Assembly (NCBI GenBank): GCA_030158665.1
Contig: JAOASM010000008.1
Coordinates: forward strand, 76 to 64,075
Direction: 5' to 3'
Length of the DNA: 64,000 nt
DNA from: Sediminibacterium sp.
Lineage (GTDB): Bacteria > Bacteroidota > Bacteroidia > Chitinophagales > Chitinophagaceae
In this document: piece after piece, positions 50,201 through 59,657 of the stretch
How positions within the stretch are numbered: the first letter of the stretch is position 1
Layout: each line of letters opens with the position of its first letter
The notes under the pieces: generated by a model
Told to the model about the DNA's origin: nothing
Databases searched by the model: none
Seen by the model: the letters and a program-made list of their open reading frames with translations, nothing else
Position numbers and translations under genes: made by a program

Positions 50201-50416
50201 TACAGTCTTCCATCTGCTTTAGTTTCTAAAACGAAGATCTTCAGTGGAGCGAATGTGTCAGTTTATGGTAGAAACTTATTTACAATTATTGATAGCAAAA
50301 ACTTCTTTACAGATCCGGAGTTTAGCTTTACAACAGGAAACGGTATTGGTATTAACACATCATTACAAACTCCTCCAGTACGTCAATTTGGTTTCAACGT
50401 AAACTTTACATTCTAG
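47243..50416 (+). CDS. susC: SusC/RagA TonB-dependent transporter
   Basis: VVVTAQGI, NPNDIENVTILKG..AAALYGS, IITTKKG, LKPE, C-terminal F. Confidence 0.95.
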   Translation: MKKIVTSLFLAVLCSIITANAQVRQVTGSVKDDKGVAVASATVKVKGQNSAIIADENGAFKINASATAVLQVSAVGFVSTEVSAKSAVLNVVLVRQESELENVVVTAQGIRKKSKEIGYAYAKVSTDEINVGRSPQLAQALSGKVSGLAVYNVNNSVDPQVKIVLRGYRSLTGNNEALIVLDGMQTTSTVLSLINPNDIENVTILKGGQAAALYGSAGVNGAMIITTKKGTKGKLKVAFSNATNFEQISFLPQFQDKYGSGSHYATSYGGAGYKTDYLARMADNWRPFENQQYGDAFDGQDRVVGRVTESGDKLVIPYAALKNARRNSFDMGVSTNNQVSFTGGDDNGSFYLSAENQKINGIVPGDKSERTGIRLAATKTYNKLSVGYNASYSQATYDRTTSDFYYNIMNTAANIPVDRMRNWKTDQFANPNGYYNDYYQNPYFSADNYRTSYQDANISGTVELNYKATDWLNFMERVGVMNNSRIQKSWTGKFIYSDWAKNSAYVPAPWDYANDYDGIDRAGTDILGAVSDYSKTENVLNNEFQAQMNKAWGKFSNKLVLGYSTYQRKTKEMSVGSNSVVVPEVYNVSNRQGELTGSEYNSTERKYGYYADLTSTFNNYLTLEGIFRYDYSSRFYKANRELSLYAFPYYGVSLAFQATEAFPQIKSWVLNDAKVRLSYNKNGNDNMTLYGLDLTYPNAAGFPYGNTVGLTVGNTLPDNGLKPEFVTTYEAGTELSMFNNRINLELTAYSSQSKGQVITVKVPNTTGFNNLLINVGETKNWGYEGDLKAQVIRNGAFKWDIGIRYSYNDNKVVSLYPGINSFFMSGYSYASTNVEVGKSFPLLKSSGYYYSATGARRVDPTTGYPLQNTAMVDRGSTLAKHMAGFSSKFGYKNWNLSMNLEYRGGNVMYSGIGRDMTFTGSGKWTENRAPHVFENSYYLVNGVETPNTSLNVREAEYSLWVDNYRFIAENFVTKAWFIKLRDVNLSYSLPSALVSKTKIFSGANVSVYGRNLFTIIDSKNFFTDPEFSFTTGNGIGINTSLQTPPVRQFGFNVNFTF

Positions 50417-50429
50417 TAATTAAATAAAA

Positions 50430-51971
50430 ATGATTAAAACAAATTATATGAAACTTAAATCATACTTACTTGTTGCGGTTTCAGTTTTGGCATTTGTTGG
50501 TTGTAAAAAGGATTATTTGGATGTGAATACCAATCCTAACCAACTTACGTCAGCTACACCTAGTTTTGTATTAACTGGTGCCCTGAACACAACAACACAG
50601 AATTTAGTACTTGCCAATGAGACAGGTAGCTATTTCGCAGGTCAATGGACTCAATCTAACTCTTACATTTTGAGTGCAACTACCTTCTCTTATAACATTA
50701 CAAACAACGATTTCAACTACTGGGATGGCTTGTACGATAACGCACAAGATTATCAATATGTAATTGACAATGCAGCTGCATCTGGCCAACCTTACTTTAA
50801 AGGACCAGCGAAAATCATGAAAGCGATGTTATTCCAATACATCGTTGACATGTATGGTAATGCACCTTACACAGAAGCTTTCAAAGGAACAGCTGCTTTA
50901 GCGCCTGCTTTCGATGATCAAAAAGCAATCTATGCAAACTTGATTACTTTATTAGATCAGGCAATCGCTGATATCAAGGGTTCTACTTTTGATCCAGCTT
51001 ATGCTTCTTCTGATGTGGTATTCAAGGGTAACACAACTAACTGGATTAAATTCGCAAACTCTTTGAAATTGCGTATTTTAATGCACCAGTCTCGTGTACC
51101 TTCTTTACAAGCTTATGTAAAGACTGAATTAAATAAAATTGCTGCTGATGCAACTGGAGTTTTAACAACTGATGCAGGTGTTAATCCAGGTTATATTGCT
51201 ACAGATGGTAAAACAAATCCTTTCTACAATCGTTTTGGATATACTCCAGCAGGTGCGGCTCAATCTTATGGCCGTTTCCCAAGAGTAACTAAAAATTTAT
51301 TTGACCAAATGGTGGCAACAACAGATACTTTCAGAATTAAGCGTTTGTTGTATGCTGTTGGTGGTGAGAATGGATCTACTCCTGGTGTAAGTGTTAAAGC
51401 TGAAATCATGGATAACTACAAAGCTGTACCTTATGGTGTATCTTCTGGTTATACTGCTCCTTCAACTTCAAACCTTGGACCAGCGATGATTGTTAAAGGT
51501 AAATTTGATGCTCCTTATATCTTATTTACTGCTACAGAAGCGCAATTCTTATTAGCTGAAGCTAAGCAACGTTTTGGCGCTGATGTTAACTTTACTGGTA
51601 CAGCTCAGTCTTACTATGAAGCAGGTGTGAAAGCATCTTTCAAATTAGTAGGATCAACTGATGCTGCTGCAACTGCATTGTTAACTAGCGGAAAGCAAGA
51701 TGCTGATTTCTCAGTTTCTACTGATAAATTAAAAGCAATTGCAACTCAAAAATGGATTGCCTTAACGCACTATGCAGGTATTGAATCATGGACAGAATAC
51801 AGAAGAACAAATCTTCCTGTAATTCCTCAAATGAATACAGTAACTGATCCAAATAAGCGTCCTTTACGTTTCTTCTATCCTGGAACTGAATTAGGTTCTA
51901 ATGGAACAAATGTAAATGCTCAAGGAACAATTGATATTTTTACAACTAAATTGTTCTGGGATATTGACTAA
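50430..51971 (+). CDS. susD: SusD/RagB family lipoprotein
   Basis: Lipobox VGC, D.NTNPN, VDMYGNAPY, W.KFANSL, QKWIAL, RFFYP. Confidence 0.95.
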   Translation: MIKTNYMKLKSYLLVAVSVLAFVGCKKDYLDVNTNPNQLTSATPSFVLTGALNTTTQNLVLANETGSYFAGQWTQSNSYILSATTFSYNITNNDFNYWDGLYDNAQDYQYVIDNAAASGQPYFKGPAKIMKAMLFQYIVDMYGNAPYTEAFKGTAALAPAFDDQKAIYANLITLLDQAIADIKGSTFDPAYASSDVVFKGNTTNWIKFANSLKLRILMHQSRVPSLQAYVKTELNKIAADATGVLTTDAGVNPGYIATDGKTNPFYNRFGYTPAGAAQSYGRFPRVTKNLFDQMVATTDTFRIKRLLYAVGGENGSTPGVSVKAEIMDNYKAVPYGVSSGYTAPSTSNLGPAMIVKGKFDAPYILFTATEAQFLLAEAKQRFGADVNFTGTAQSYYEAGVKASFKLVGSTDAAATALLTSGKQDADFSVSTDKLKAIATQKWIALTHYAGIESWTEYRRTNLPVIPQMNTVTDPNKRPLRFFYPGTELGSNGTNVNAQGTIDIFTTKLFWDID

Positions 51972-51990
51972 TTGATCGATATCAATCATA

Positions 51991-52024
51991 AAAAAATGCC
52001 CTCCGATTTCGGAGGGCATTTTTC
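51991..52024. terminator. Bidirectional terminator
   Basis: AAAAATGCCCTCCG-attt-CGGAGGGCATTTTT. Confidence 0.85.
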
Positions 52025-52051
52025 ATTTAAAGAGCAACCTATTTAAGATGA

Positions 52052-52414
52052 TTATTTAATTACCTCTCCCTCTATTGTTAATTCAGCAGGTAATTTTTGT
52101 CCAGCAAATTTTACATTGACTTTCTTTCTGAAAGCACCAACCACAGGAGCAGTATAAGTTACTTTAATACTTCCTTTTTGACCTTTTAAGATAGGTTTTT
52201 GATCGTATTCAGGTTGGGTGCAACCACATTCAGCATTCGCAAATTCGATCACTGCAGGCCTTGCATCTGTGTTCGTATAAGTAAAGACTACAGACTTATG
52301 TATCCCTTTTGAAATTTTTCCAAAATTATGTGAAGCTTTATCAAATCTAACACCAGATTGTGCTGAACAAAACAATGCTGCAAATGAAAAGCCTAGGGTG
52401 AAAATGTACTTCAT
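52052..52414 (-). CDS. DUF1573 domain protein
   Basis: HNFGKI, CGCT.P, PI.KG.KG.IKVTY. Confidence 0.9.
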   Translation of the reverse strand: MKYIFTLGFSFAALFCSAQSGVRFDKASHNFGKISKGIHKSVVFTYTNTDARPAVIEFANAECGCTQPEYDQKPILKGQKGSIKVTYTAPVVGAFRKKVNVKFAGQKLPAELTIEGEVIK

Positions 52415-52568
52415 ATTGTTATTTTTTTATTTGTGATTGTTGCAGCCAAAAGACTTAAACAATGGCTTTGGCAGCAGAAAAGATGCACTAAATTATTGAA
52501 ATTTCGGTAATTAACTGATTTTATGTGTTTCTTGATTTTTATTGCATTTTGACCCCTATTTTTGCCTT

Positions 52569-54941
52569 ATGGAATCCAACTTAGAAGCTGTATCTAATCA
52601 GGACATGCTTTCGTTTGAAGCATTTCGAAAAACTGTATTGGAGGACTACCGAACTGCACTCGCAAGTAGAGAAGTGAGTTTGTTGGGTAGACGTGAGGTA
52701 TTGACCGGGAAGGCCAAATTTGGCATTTTTGGCGACGGTAAAGAGGTCGCACAAGTTGCGCTTGCGAAATTTTTTCAAAAAGGTGACTTTAGAAGTGGAT
52801 ATTATCGTGATCAAACTTTAATGTTTGCATTAGGCGTGTCCAATGTGGGCGATTATTTTGCACAATTGTATGCAGATGTAGAGAACGATCCATATAGTGG
52901 TGGTAGAAACATGAATTCACATTTTAGTACCCCTTTTGTGAATGAGCAAGGCGACTGGTTGCCGTTGGCAGACAGTTATAATGTATCTGCAGATATTGCA
53001 CCTACAGCTGGTCAAATGGTGAGAGGATTGGGTCTTGCATTTGCTTCCAAATTTTTCAGAAATGCAAATCAAGATGCTGCATTTTCAGGCTTAACGAATC
53101 AAGGAAATGAAGTTTGTTTTTGTACCATCGGAGATGCAAGTACATCTGAAGGACATTTTTGGGAAACAATCAATGCCGCAGGTGTTTTACAAGTGCCGCT
53201 AGCGGTGATTGTGTATGACGATGGGTATGGCATTTCTGTTCCCACTGAATTGCAAACTACTAAAGGATCTATTTCAGAAGCCTTAGCTGGATTTGAAAAA
53301 AAACCAGGCACCAATGGCATAAAAATATATAAAGTGAATGGATGGGATTATGCTGCACTTTGTGAAACCTTTGAAGAGGGTATCGCTTATACACGTGCTA
53401 CGCATACTCCAGTCGTATTTCATGTGAAAGAAGTGACTCAGCCTCAAGGCCATTCAACGAGTGGAAGTCATGAAAGATATAAATCTGCTGAAAGATTAGA
53501 GTGGGAGAGAAACTGGGATTGTAATAAGCAAATGAGGGCTTGGTTAATCTTAAATGAGTTGGCAACTGCTGAATCATTGGATCTTTTGGAATCTGAAGTG
53601 AAGCAGGCTGTAAGAGATCAAAAACAATTGGCTTGGGATAAATACATTTCACCAATTAAATCAAAAATTCAAGAGGCCGCTCAATTGGTATTTGCAGGTT
53701 TAGACAGCGAAGCGCCTTTGTATCGTATGATGCAAGAATTGGTAGCCAATAAAGAACCTTTAAAGAGAGAGCTTTTTAGAATTTTAAATATGGTGTTGGA
53801 GCAAGTGCCTCAACATAGTCATGCTGCTGCAATCAAAAAATTGGTTACGGATTATTATGAAGAGCAAGCTCCTTTTTATAGTAAGTACTTGTACAATGAA
53901 GGTGTAAAAAGCGCATTGAATGTCCCTGTGGTTCCAGCTTTAATGGATGCAAATCCAAAGCAACTCAATGGATATGAAGTGTTGAACCAATATTTTGATC
54001 ACTTATTTGACAACAACCCTAAGGTGGTTGCTTTTGGTGAAGACTTAGGAAATATTGGAGATGTGAATCAAGGTTTTGCCGGATTGCAAGCCAAGTATGG
54101 CGTTAATAGAATCTTTGATACAGGTATCAGAGAGCAAACCATCATGGGTCAAGCGCATGGTTTAGCTATGAGAGGTTTAAGACCTATTGCAGAAATTCAA
54201 TACTTGGATTATTTATTATACGGCATACAAACCTTAAGTGATGATGTGGCTACACTGCATTATCGTACAGTAGGAAAACAAAGTAGTCCAGTTATTATCA
54301 GAACCAGAGGACACCGTTTGGAAGGTATCTTCCACAGTGGATCACCAATGGGCATGATCATCAATTCTTTAAGAGGCATGTTTGTTTGTGTGCCAAGAAA
54401 TATGGTACAAGCAGTAGGGATGTACAATACCTTATTACAATCCAATGATCCTGCAATTCTAGTAGAATGTTTAAACGGCTATCGATTAAAAGAAACTGTC
54501 CCAGCCAATATCAATGAGTTCACTGTCCCATTGGGCATGCCTGAAACATTAAGAACTGGTGAGGATATTACAATCGTTTCTTACGGGTCTACTTTAAGAA
54601 TCGTAGAAGATGCGGCAATTCGTTTAGCAGCAATTGGAATTGATTGTGAAATCATCGATGTCCAAACACTTTTGCCATTCGATATCAATCATCAAATTGT
54701 TGCGTCACTTAAAAAGACCAATCGAATTTTATTTGTGGATGAAGATGTTCCTGGAGGGGCCTCGGCATTTATGTATCAGCAAGTCATTGAAGACCAAGGT
54801 GGATATAAGTGGTTAGACGCAAGCGCCAGAACCTTATCTGCTAAAGCACATCGACCAGCTTACGCTAGTGATGGAGATTATTTCTCTAAGCCTAATACAG
54901 AAGAAGTGATTAAGGTGGTGAAGGAAATGATGGCGGAATAG
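52569..54941 (+). CDS. Fused E1 alpha/beta 2-oxoacid (branched-chain-type) dehydrogenase
   Basis: GDASTSEG ThDP motif, GHSTSGSHERY, DTGIRE, transketolase C-domain. Confidence 0.9.
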   Translation: MESNLEAVSNQDMLSFEAFRKTVLEDYRTALASREVSLLGRREVLTGKAKFGIFGDGKEVAQVALAKFFQKGDFRSGYYRDQTLMFALGVSNVGDYFAQLYADVENDPYSGGRNMNSHFSTPFVNEQGDWLPLADSYNVSADIAPTAGQMVRGLGLAFASKFFRNANQDAAFSGLTNQGNEVCFCTIGDASTSEGHFWETINAAGVLQVPLAVIVYDDGYGISVPTELQTTKGSISEALAGFEKKPGTNGIKIYKVNGWDYAALCETFEEGIAYTRATHTPVVFHVKEVTQPQGHSTSGSHERYKSAERLEWERNWDCNKQMRAWLILNELATAESLDLLESEVKQAVRDQKQLAWDKYISPIKSKIQEAAQLVFAGLDSEAPLYRMMQELVANKEPLKRELFRILNMVLEQVPQHSHAAAIKKLVTDYYEEQAPFYSKYLYNEGVKSALNVPVVPALMDANPKQLNGYEVLNQYFDHLFDNNPKVVAFGEDLGNIGDVNQGFAGLQAKYGVNRIFDTGIREQTIMGQAHGLAMRGLRPIAEIQYLDYLLYGIQTLSDDVATLHYRTVGKQSSPVIIRTRGHRLEGIFHSGSPMGMIINSLRGMFVCVPRNMVQAVGMYNTLLQSNDPAILVECLNGYRLKETVPANINEFTVPLGMPETLRTGEDITIVSYGSTLRIVEDAAIRLAAIGIDCEIIDVQTLLPFDINHQIVASLKKTNRILFVDEDVPGGASAFMYQQVIEDQGGYKWLDASARTLSAKAHRPAYASDGDYFSKPNTEEVIKVVKEMMAE

Positions 54942-54942
54942 C

Positions 54943-55200
54943 TTATTGGTTGTAGCCTTCTAGTTGTTCAGTATAACTTAAAGAGCCTAGTCTAAATCTT
55001 AAAGGAATTTTAGTTTTCTTCTCTAATGCCCTTTCTTGATTGCAAAAAAATCCAGTCTGTGTGGTGTAGAAATTGGCTGCTACTTTATTTTGTATGGCGT
55101 ATCGACCATTTAAAATATCAGCTTTTTGTTGTGATGTTTTGTTCTGCTCTATTTGCCAATATTGCTTTGCATTCTTTGTAGTCAATTTTTGCGCAGTCAA
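54943..55200 (-). CDS. Small hypothetical, probably secreted protein; start uncertain
   Basis: GFFC.QE..LEK.TKIPLRFRLGSL.Y motif; a hydrophobic signal-like stretch continues in frame upstream without an ATG. Confidence 0.55.
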   Translation of the reverse strand: MTAQKLTTKNAKQYWQIEQNKTSQQKADILNGRYAIQNKVAANFYTTQTGFFCNQERALEKKTKIPLRFRLGSLSYTEQLEGYNQ

Positions 55201-55255
55201 GGACTGCGCAAAAATTAAACTTAATATCGTGATGGTGAATCTCGTAAAATTGATT

Positions 55256-55978
55256 TTAAGCCATATTGTGAAACACTTTGTTCACGTCTTCGTCTTGTTC
55301 TAATTTCTCTATCAACTTACTAATATCTTCCGCTTGCTCATCTGTTACTGGAACAGTGGTAGTCGGAATCCATTCTAGTTCGGCACTGATTGGTGTGATG
55401 TTTTTATCTTCCAATGCCTTTTGTAAATTACCAAAGTCGGTAAACGCACATCTTAATACTATAATTGGGTTATCATTGTCGTCATTGCTTTCTCCTAATT
55501 CATCTAATCCATGATCAATTAATTCTAATTCTAAATCATCCATTACCAATCCCTCTGGGTTGAGTTTAAACACGCCCATTTTCTTGAATTGAAAACTTAC
55601 ACTACCACTATTACCTAAAGCGCCACCTCCCTTGTTAAATATACTTTTTACATTGGCTACAGTTCTTACATGGTTGTCAGTTGCAGTTTCTACTAACAAT
55701 GCCACACCATGTGGTGCATAGCCTTCATACAAAATTTCTTCGTAGTTAGACGTGTCTTTTCCTAATGCTCTTTTAATAGCAGCCTCCACACGGTCCTTTG
55801 GCATACCTACACTCTTGGCATTTTGGTAACATCTACGTAAAGCAGGATTGGTGGCCATATCTGGTCCAGATGCTTTTACGGCAATAACGATCTCCTTACC
55901 TATACGGGTAAATTGTTTTGCCATTTTATCCCAACGAGCAAACATGGTTGCTTTTCTTACTTCAAATATCCTACCCAT
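55256..55978 (-). CDS. yebC: YebC/PmpR family protein
   Basis: [34 protein letters not shown]. Confidence 0.95.
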   Translation of the reverse strand: MGRIFEVRKATMFARWDKMAKQFTRIGKEIVIAVKASGPDMATNPALRRCYQNAKSVGMPKDRVEAAIKRALGKDTSNYEEILYEGYAPHGVALLVETATDNHVRTVANVKSIFNKGGGALGNSGSVSFQFKKMGVFKLNPEGLVMDDLELELIDHGLDELGESNDDNDNPIIVLRCAFTDFGNLQKALEDKNITPISAELEWIPTTTVPVTDEQAEDISKLIEKLEQDEDVNKVFHNMA

Positions 55979-56014
55979 AGTTTCATGATTTAAGGTGTGC
56001 AAAAATAACACAAA

Positions 56015-56044
56015 AAAAATAGTCCCGAAAATCGGGACTATTTT
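56015..56044. terminator. Terminator after the amino acid permease
   Basis: AAAAATAGTCCCG-aaaat-CGGGACTATTTTT. Confidence 0.8.
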
Positions 56045-56062
56045 AATTTAGTATAATCGAGA

Positions 56063-57556
56063 TTATTTATTCAATTTACTTGTCTTCTTGCTATATAAGA
56101 AGTAAACAAATAAGCCAATAATCATCCAAATAAAGGCTACTTTAAGGGTTTGCATATCTAGAGCGAAGATCATTGCTAAGCAAATCACTGCGCCTAAAAT
56201 AGGTACCAATGGCACCAATGGTGTTTTGAATGGACGCTCCATTTCTGGTGATTTACGTCTTAAAATCCAAACACCTAAGCTAACCAATACGAAAGCGAAT
56301 AGGGTTCCAAAACTTGTCAAATCACCTGCTACACTTCCTGGAACGAAAGCTGCAAATAATCCTACAAATACAAATAGGATCCAGTTAGACTTGTATGGAG
56401 TTTGGTATTTAGGGTGCAAATCGCCAAATGCTTTCGGCAATAAACCATCCTTACTCATAGAGTAAAATATACGGCTTTGTCCCATTAACATCACTAAGAT
56501 TACAGAAGAAAAACCAGCTAAAATAGCCACAGTTACTGCTGTTGCTAGCCAGCCATATCCTGTCATATAAGTTGAAATAGCATAAGCAACAGATGCTTCT
56601 CTTCCTTTTTCTGGATCAACGAAATCTTTCCAGTTAGCTACGCCTGTTAATACGTGGCCAAATAAGATGTAAAGAATGGTACAAACAACCAATGATCCTA
56701 AGATACCAATTGGCATATCTCTTTTTGGATTCTTCGCTTCTTGAGCAGCAGTTGAAACAGCATCAAAACCAATAAAGGCAAAGAATACGATTGCAGCTCC
56801 ACCCAGAACGCCACCCCAGCCATGCTTGAAGGCGCCAGAATAATCCGCAATGACTTTTCCAGCACTGTCTGTAACAGCCGCTTGTCCAGCAGGGATCATA
56901 TAAGGAGTGTGGTTTTCAGGCTTAATAAACTGCCATCCAATTGCAATAAAAATAATTACGATAGCCACTTTAATAAATACAATCACAGCGTTTACGATTG
57001 CTGATTCTTGTGATCCTCTAATCAATAATAAAGTCAATGCTAAAAGGATGATCAATGCTGGCGCATTCATGATACCAGAATGTGCCACACCCATGCTATC
57101 TGTAAAGCTTTCAAACGGACTATGGCTCCATTCATATGGTATGGCTCCTCCGGTGAGCTTATTTAAATATTCACTCCAAGCAATAGAAACTGTAGCTGCA
57201 CCTAATGCATATTCCATAATCAATGCCCAGCCAATAATCCATGCTACTAATTCACCCATTGTAACATAAGAGTAGGCATAAGCACTACCTGCAATAGGGA
57301 TCATTGCAGCAAATTCTGCGTAACATAAGCCGGCAAAAGCACAACCTACCGCCGCGATAATAAAGGATATCGTTACAGCAGGACCAGCCGCCTGTCCAGC
57401 CGCTGCAGCTGTTCTTACAAACAAACCAGCGCCAATAATGGCACCAATACCTAAGGCGATTAAATTACCAGCACCAAGGGTTCTTTTTAGTCCTTTGCCG
57501 CCGTCCTCAGATTGAGCTAACATAGCCGTCAAATCTTTCTTTCTAAATAAACTCAT
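56063..57556 (-). CDS. APC family amino acid permease
   Basis: GIGAIIGAGLF, GSAYAY, FFAFIGFDAVST.AQE. Confidence 0.9.
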   Translation of the reverse strand: MSLFRKKDLTAMLAQSEDGGKGLKRTLGAGNLIALGIGAIIGAGLFVRTAAAAGQAAGPAVTISFIIAAVGCAFAGLCYAEFAAMIPIAGSAYAYSYVTMGELVAWIIGWALIMEYALGAATVSIAWSEYLNKLTGGAIPYEWSHSPFESFTDSMGVAHSGIMNAPALIILLALTLLLIRGSQESAIVNAVIVFIKVAIVIIFIAIGWQFIKPENHTPYMIPAGQAAVTDSAGKVIADYSGAFKHGWGGVLGGAAIVFFAFIGFDAVSTAAQEAKNPKRDMPIGILGSLVVCTILYILFGHVLTGVANWKDFVDPEKGREASVAYAISTYMTGYGWLATAVTVAILAGFSSVILVMLMGQSRIFYSMSKDGLLPKAFGDLHPKYQTPYKSNWILFVFVGLFAAFVPGSVAGDLTSFGTLFAFVLVSLGVWILRRKSPEMERPFKTPLVPLVPILGAVICLAMIFALDMQTLKVAFIWMIIGLFVYFLYSKKTSKLNK

Positions 57557-57701
57557 AATAATAGGTTTCGATTTAGGTTGAAAAATAGCATTTTTTTTGC
57601 AATTCTGAATTAGTTTTTGATAAAAAAAGGCCTACAAGTCAAATTTTATGGAGGCCGATTTTTTTACAAGTTATGTGGTATATTGCATCACTAAGCAACT
57701 T

Positions 57702-58949
57702 ATGAAAAAATCTAACAAACTAACCGTATACATTGTCATTGCAATGATCGCAGGTGCCATTCTGGGCTACTTTATACACGAAAGTAAGGATCAGGCAACT
57801 ATTGATGGTTTTGCAAAAAACGTCAAGCTACTTACGACTATATTTTTGAGATTGGTTCAAATGATCATAGCGCCATTGGTGTTCACAACCTTGGTAGTGG
57901 GTATTGCCAAATTAGGTGATATTAAAACCGTTGGACGTGTGGGCGGCAAAGCTTTGTTATGGTTCTTGTCTGCATCGTTAATCAGTTTATTGATTGGGCT
58001 AGTTTTAGTAAATCTATTGAAACCGGGAGCTGGATTAGATTTGACAGTAGGGGATAGTTCTGGTGTAAAAGATCTAATGGGTAAAACACAGTCATTTAGT
58101 GTGATCAATTTTGTGGAGCATGTGTTTCCTAAGAGCATGTTCGAAGCCATGGCTACGAATGAAATTTTACAAATAGTCATATTTAGTATTTTCTTTGGAG
58201 TAGCTGCTGCTGCGATAGGAGAGCCTGCAAAAGGATTTATCAAAGCATTGGATACGGTAGCGCATATTATTTTAAAAATGGTAGGCTATGTAATGAACTT
58301 TGCTCCATTGGGGGTGTTTGGTGCAATTGCTGCAGTCATAGCTTCTAAGGGCTTAACTGTATTTATATTTTATGGCAAATATTTATTATACTTCTTAATA
58401 GGTATAGGAACGCTATGGGCTGTGCTTTTAGGGGTTGGTTATTTAATTTTAAGAAATCGTGTGCCATCCTTGTTAAAGCATATTTCTACACCTTTGGTGA
58501 TTGCATTTAGTACAACAAGTAGTGAAGCCGTATTTCCAAAATTAACCGAAGAGCTAGAGCGTTTTGGATGCAAGGATAAAATTGTTTCTTTCATTTTGCC
58601 ATTGGGTTATTCTTTCAATTTAGATGGTAGTATGATGTATATGACTTTTGCGAGTATGGCCATCGCACAAGCTTATGGCATTCATTTAGATATTGGCACG
58701 CAATTAACTATGTTAGTAGTATTAATGTTAACCAGCAAAGGGATTGCTGGTGTGCCTAGAGCGTCTTTAGTAGTTGTTACAGCAACTTGTGCCATGTTCA
58801 ATATTCCTCCAGAAGGGATTGCTTTAATTCTTCCTATTGACCACTTTTGCGATATGTTCAGAACGGCAACCAATGTATTGGGAAATAGTTTAGCAACTAC
58901 TGCTGTAAGTAAATGGGAAGGGGAGTTGACAGAGCCGCAACAAGTTTAA
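57702..58949 (+). CDS. Dicarboxylate/amino acid:cation symporter (GltP/DctA family)
   Basis: FLRLVQMII.PLVF, AFST.SSE, GYSFNLDGS, RTATNVLGN. Confidence 0.9.
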   Translation: MKKSNKLTVYIVIAMIAGAILGYFIHESKDQATIDGFAKNVKLLTTIFLRLVQMIIAPLVFTTLVVGIAKLGDIKTVGRVGGKALLWFLSASLISLLIGLVLVNLLKPGAGLDLTVGDSSGVKDLMGKTQSFSVINFVEHVFPKSMFEAMATNEILQIVIFSIFFGVAAAAIGEPAKGFIKALDTVAHIILKMVGYVMNFAPLGVFGAIAAVIASKGLTVFIFYGKYLLYFLIGIGTLWAVLLGVGYLILRNRVPSLLKHISTPLVIAFSTTSSEAVFPKLTEELERFGCKDKIVSFILPLGYSFNLDGSMMYMTFASMAIAQAYGIHLDIGTQLTMLVVLMLTSKGIAGVPRASLVVVTATCAMFNIPPEGIALILPIDHFCDMFRTATNVLGNSLATTAVSKWEGELTEPQQV

Positions 58950-58965
58950 TTTTATACAATTTAGC

Positions 58966-59640
58966 ATGATCACATTATTAGAAGCATTTCATTGGAGTCA
59001 ATTGTTACAGCCTCAATTTTATATTGAGCATGGAGGACTTTGGTTGATTTTATTAGTGGTCTTTGCAGAGACTGGATTGTTTGCAGGCTTTTTTTTACCT
59101 GGAGATAGTTTATTATTTGTTGCAGGTATTTACAGTGCACCGTTGGCTGCAGAGATTTATGCTTCAAACAATCAATGGTTGAATTTATTTATTCTTTTTA
59201 TTTTTATTTCTACTGCAGGAATCATTGGCAATTATGTAGGATACTTATTTGGAAATAAAGTTGGTCCAACGATGTTTGACTGGAAGGAGAATATCTTTTT
59301 TAAGAAAAAATATTTGATGCAAGCGCAAGAGTTTTATGAAAAGCATGGAGGTAGAGCAATTGTGATCGCAAGGTTCATTCCTATCATAAGAACATTTGGA
59401 CCAATCATTGCAGGTATTGTGAAGATGGATAAAGCCAAGTTCATGTATTACAACATTGTTGGTTGTTTGGCTTGGGTGGGTAGTATGTTATGTGCGGGTT
59501 ATTTTTTACAGTCTTGGATCTTAACCCATTTTAATTTTGATCTAAAGAATCACTTAGAAGTAATTGTTTTGGGTATTGTTGGCGTAACAACTTTGCCTGT
59601 GATTATAAAAGTGATTACACATCGCGCTAAAAAAGCGTAA
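58966..59640 (+). CDS. DedA family membrane protein
   Basis: FAETGLFAGFFLPGDSLL, ARFIPIIRTF. Confidence 0.9.
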   Translation: MITLLEAFHWSQLLQPQFYIEHGGLWLILLVVFAETGLFAGFFLPGDSLLFVAGIYSAPLAAEIYASNNQWLNLFILFIFISTAGIIGNYVGYLFGNKVGPTMFDWKENIFFKKKYLMQAQEFYEKHGGRAIVIARFIPIIRTFGPIIAGIVKMDKAKFMYYNIVGCLAWVGSMLCAGYFLQSWILTHFNFDLKNHLEVIVLGIVGVTTLPVIIKVITHRAKKA

Positions 59641-59657
59641 GCATAAAACTTTCTTGC

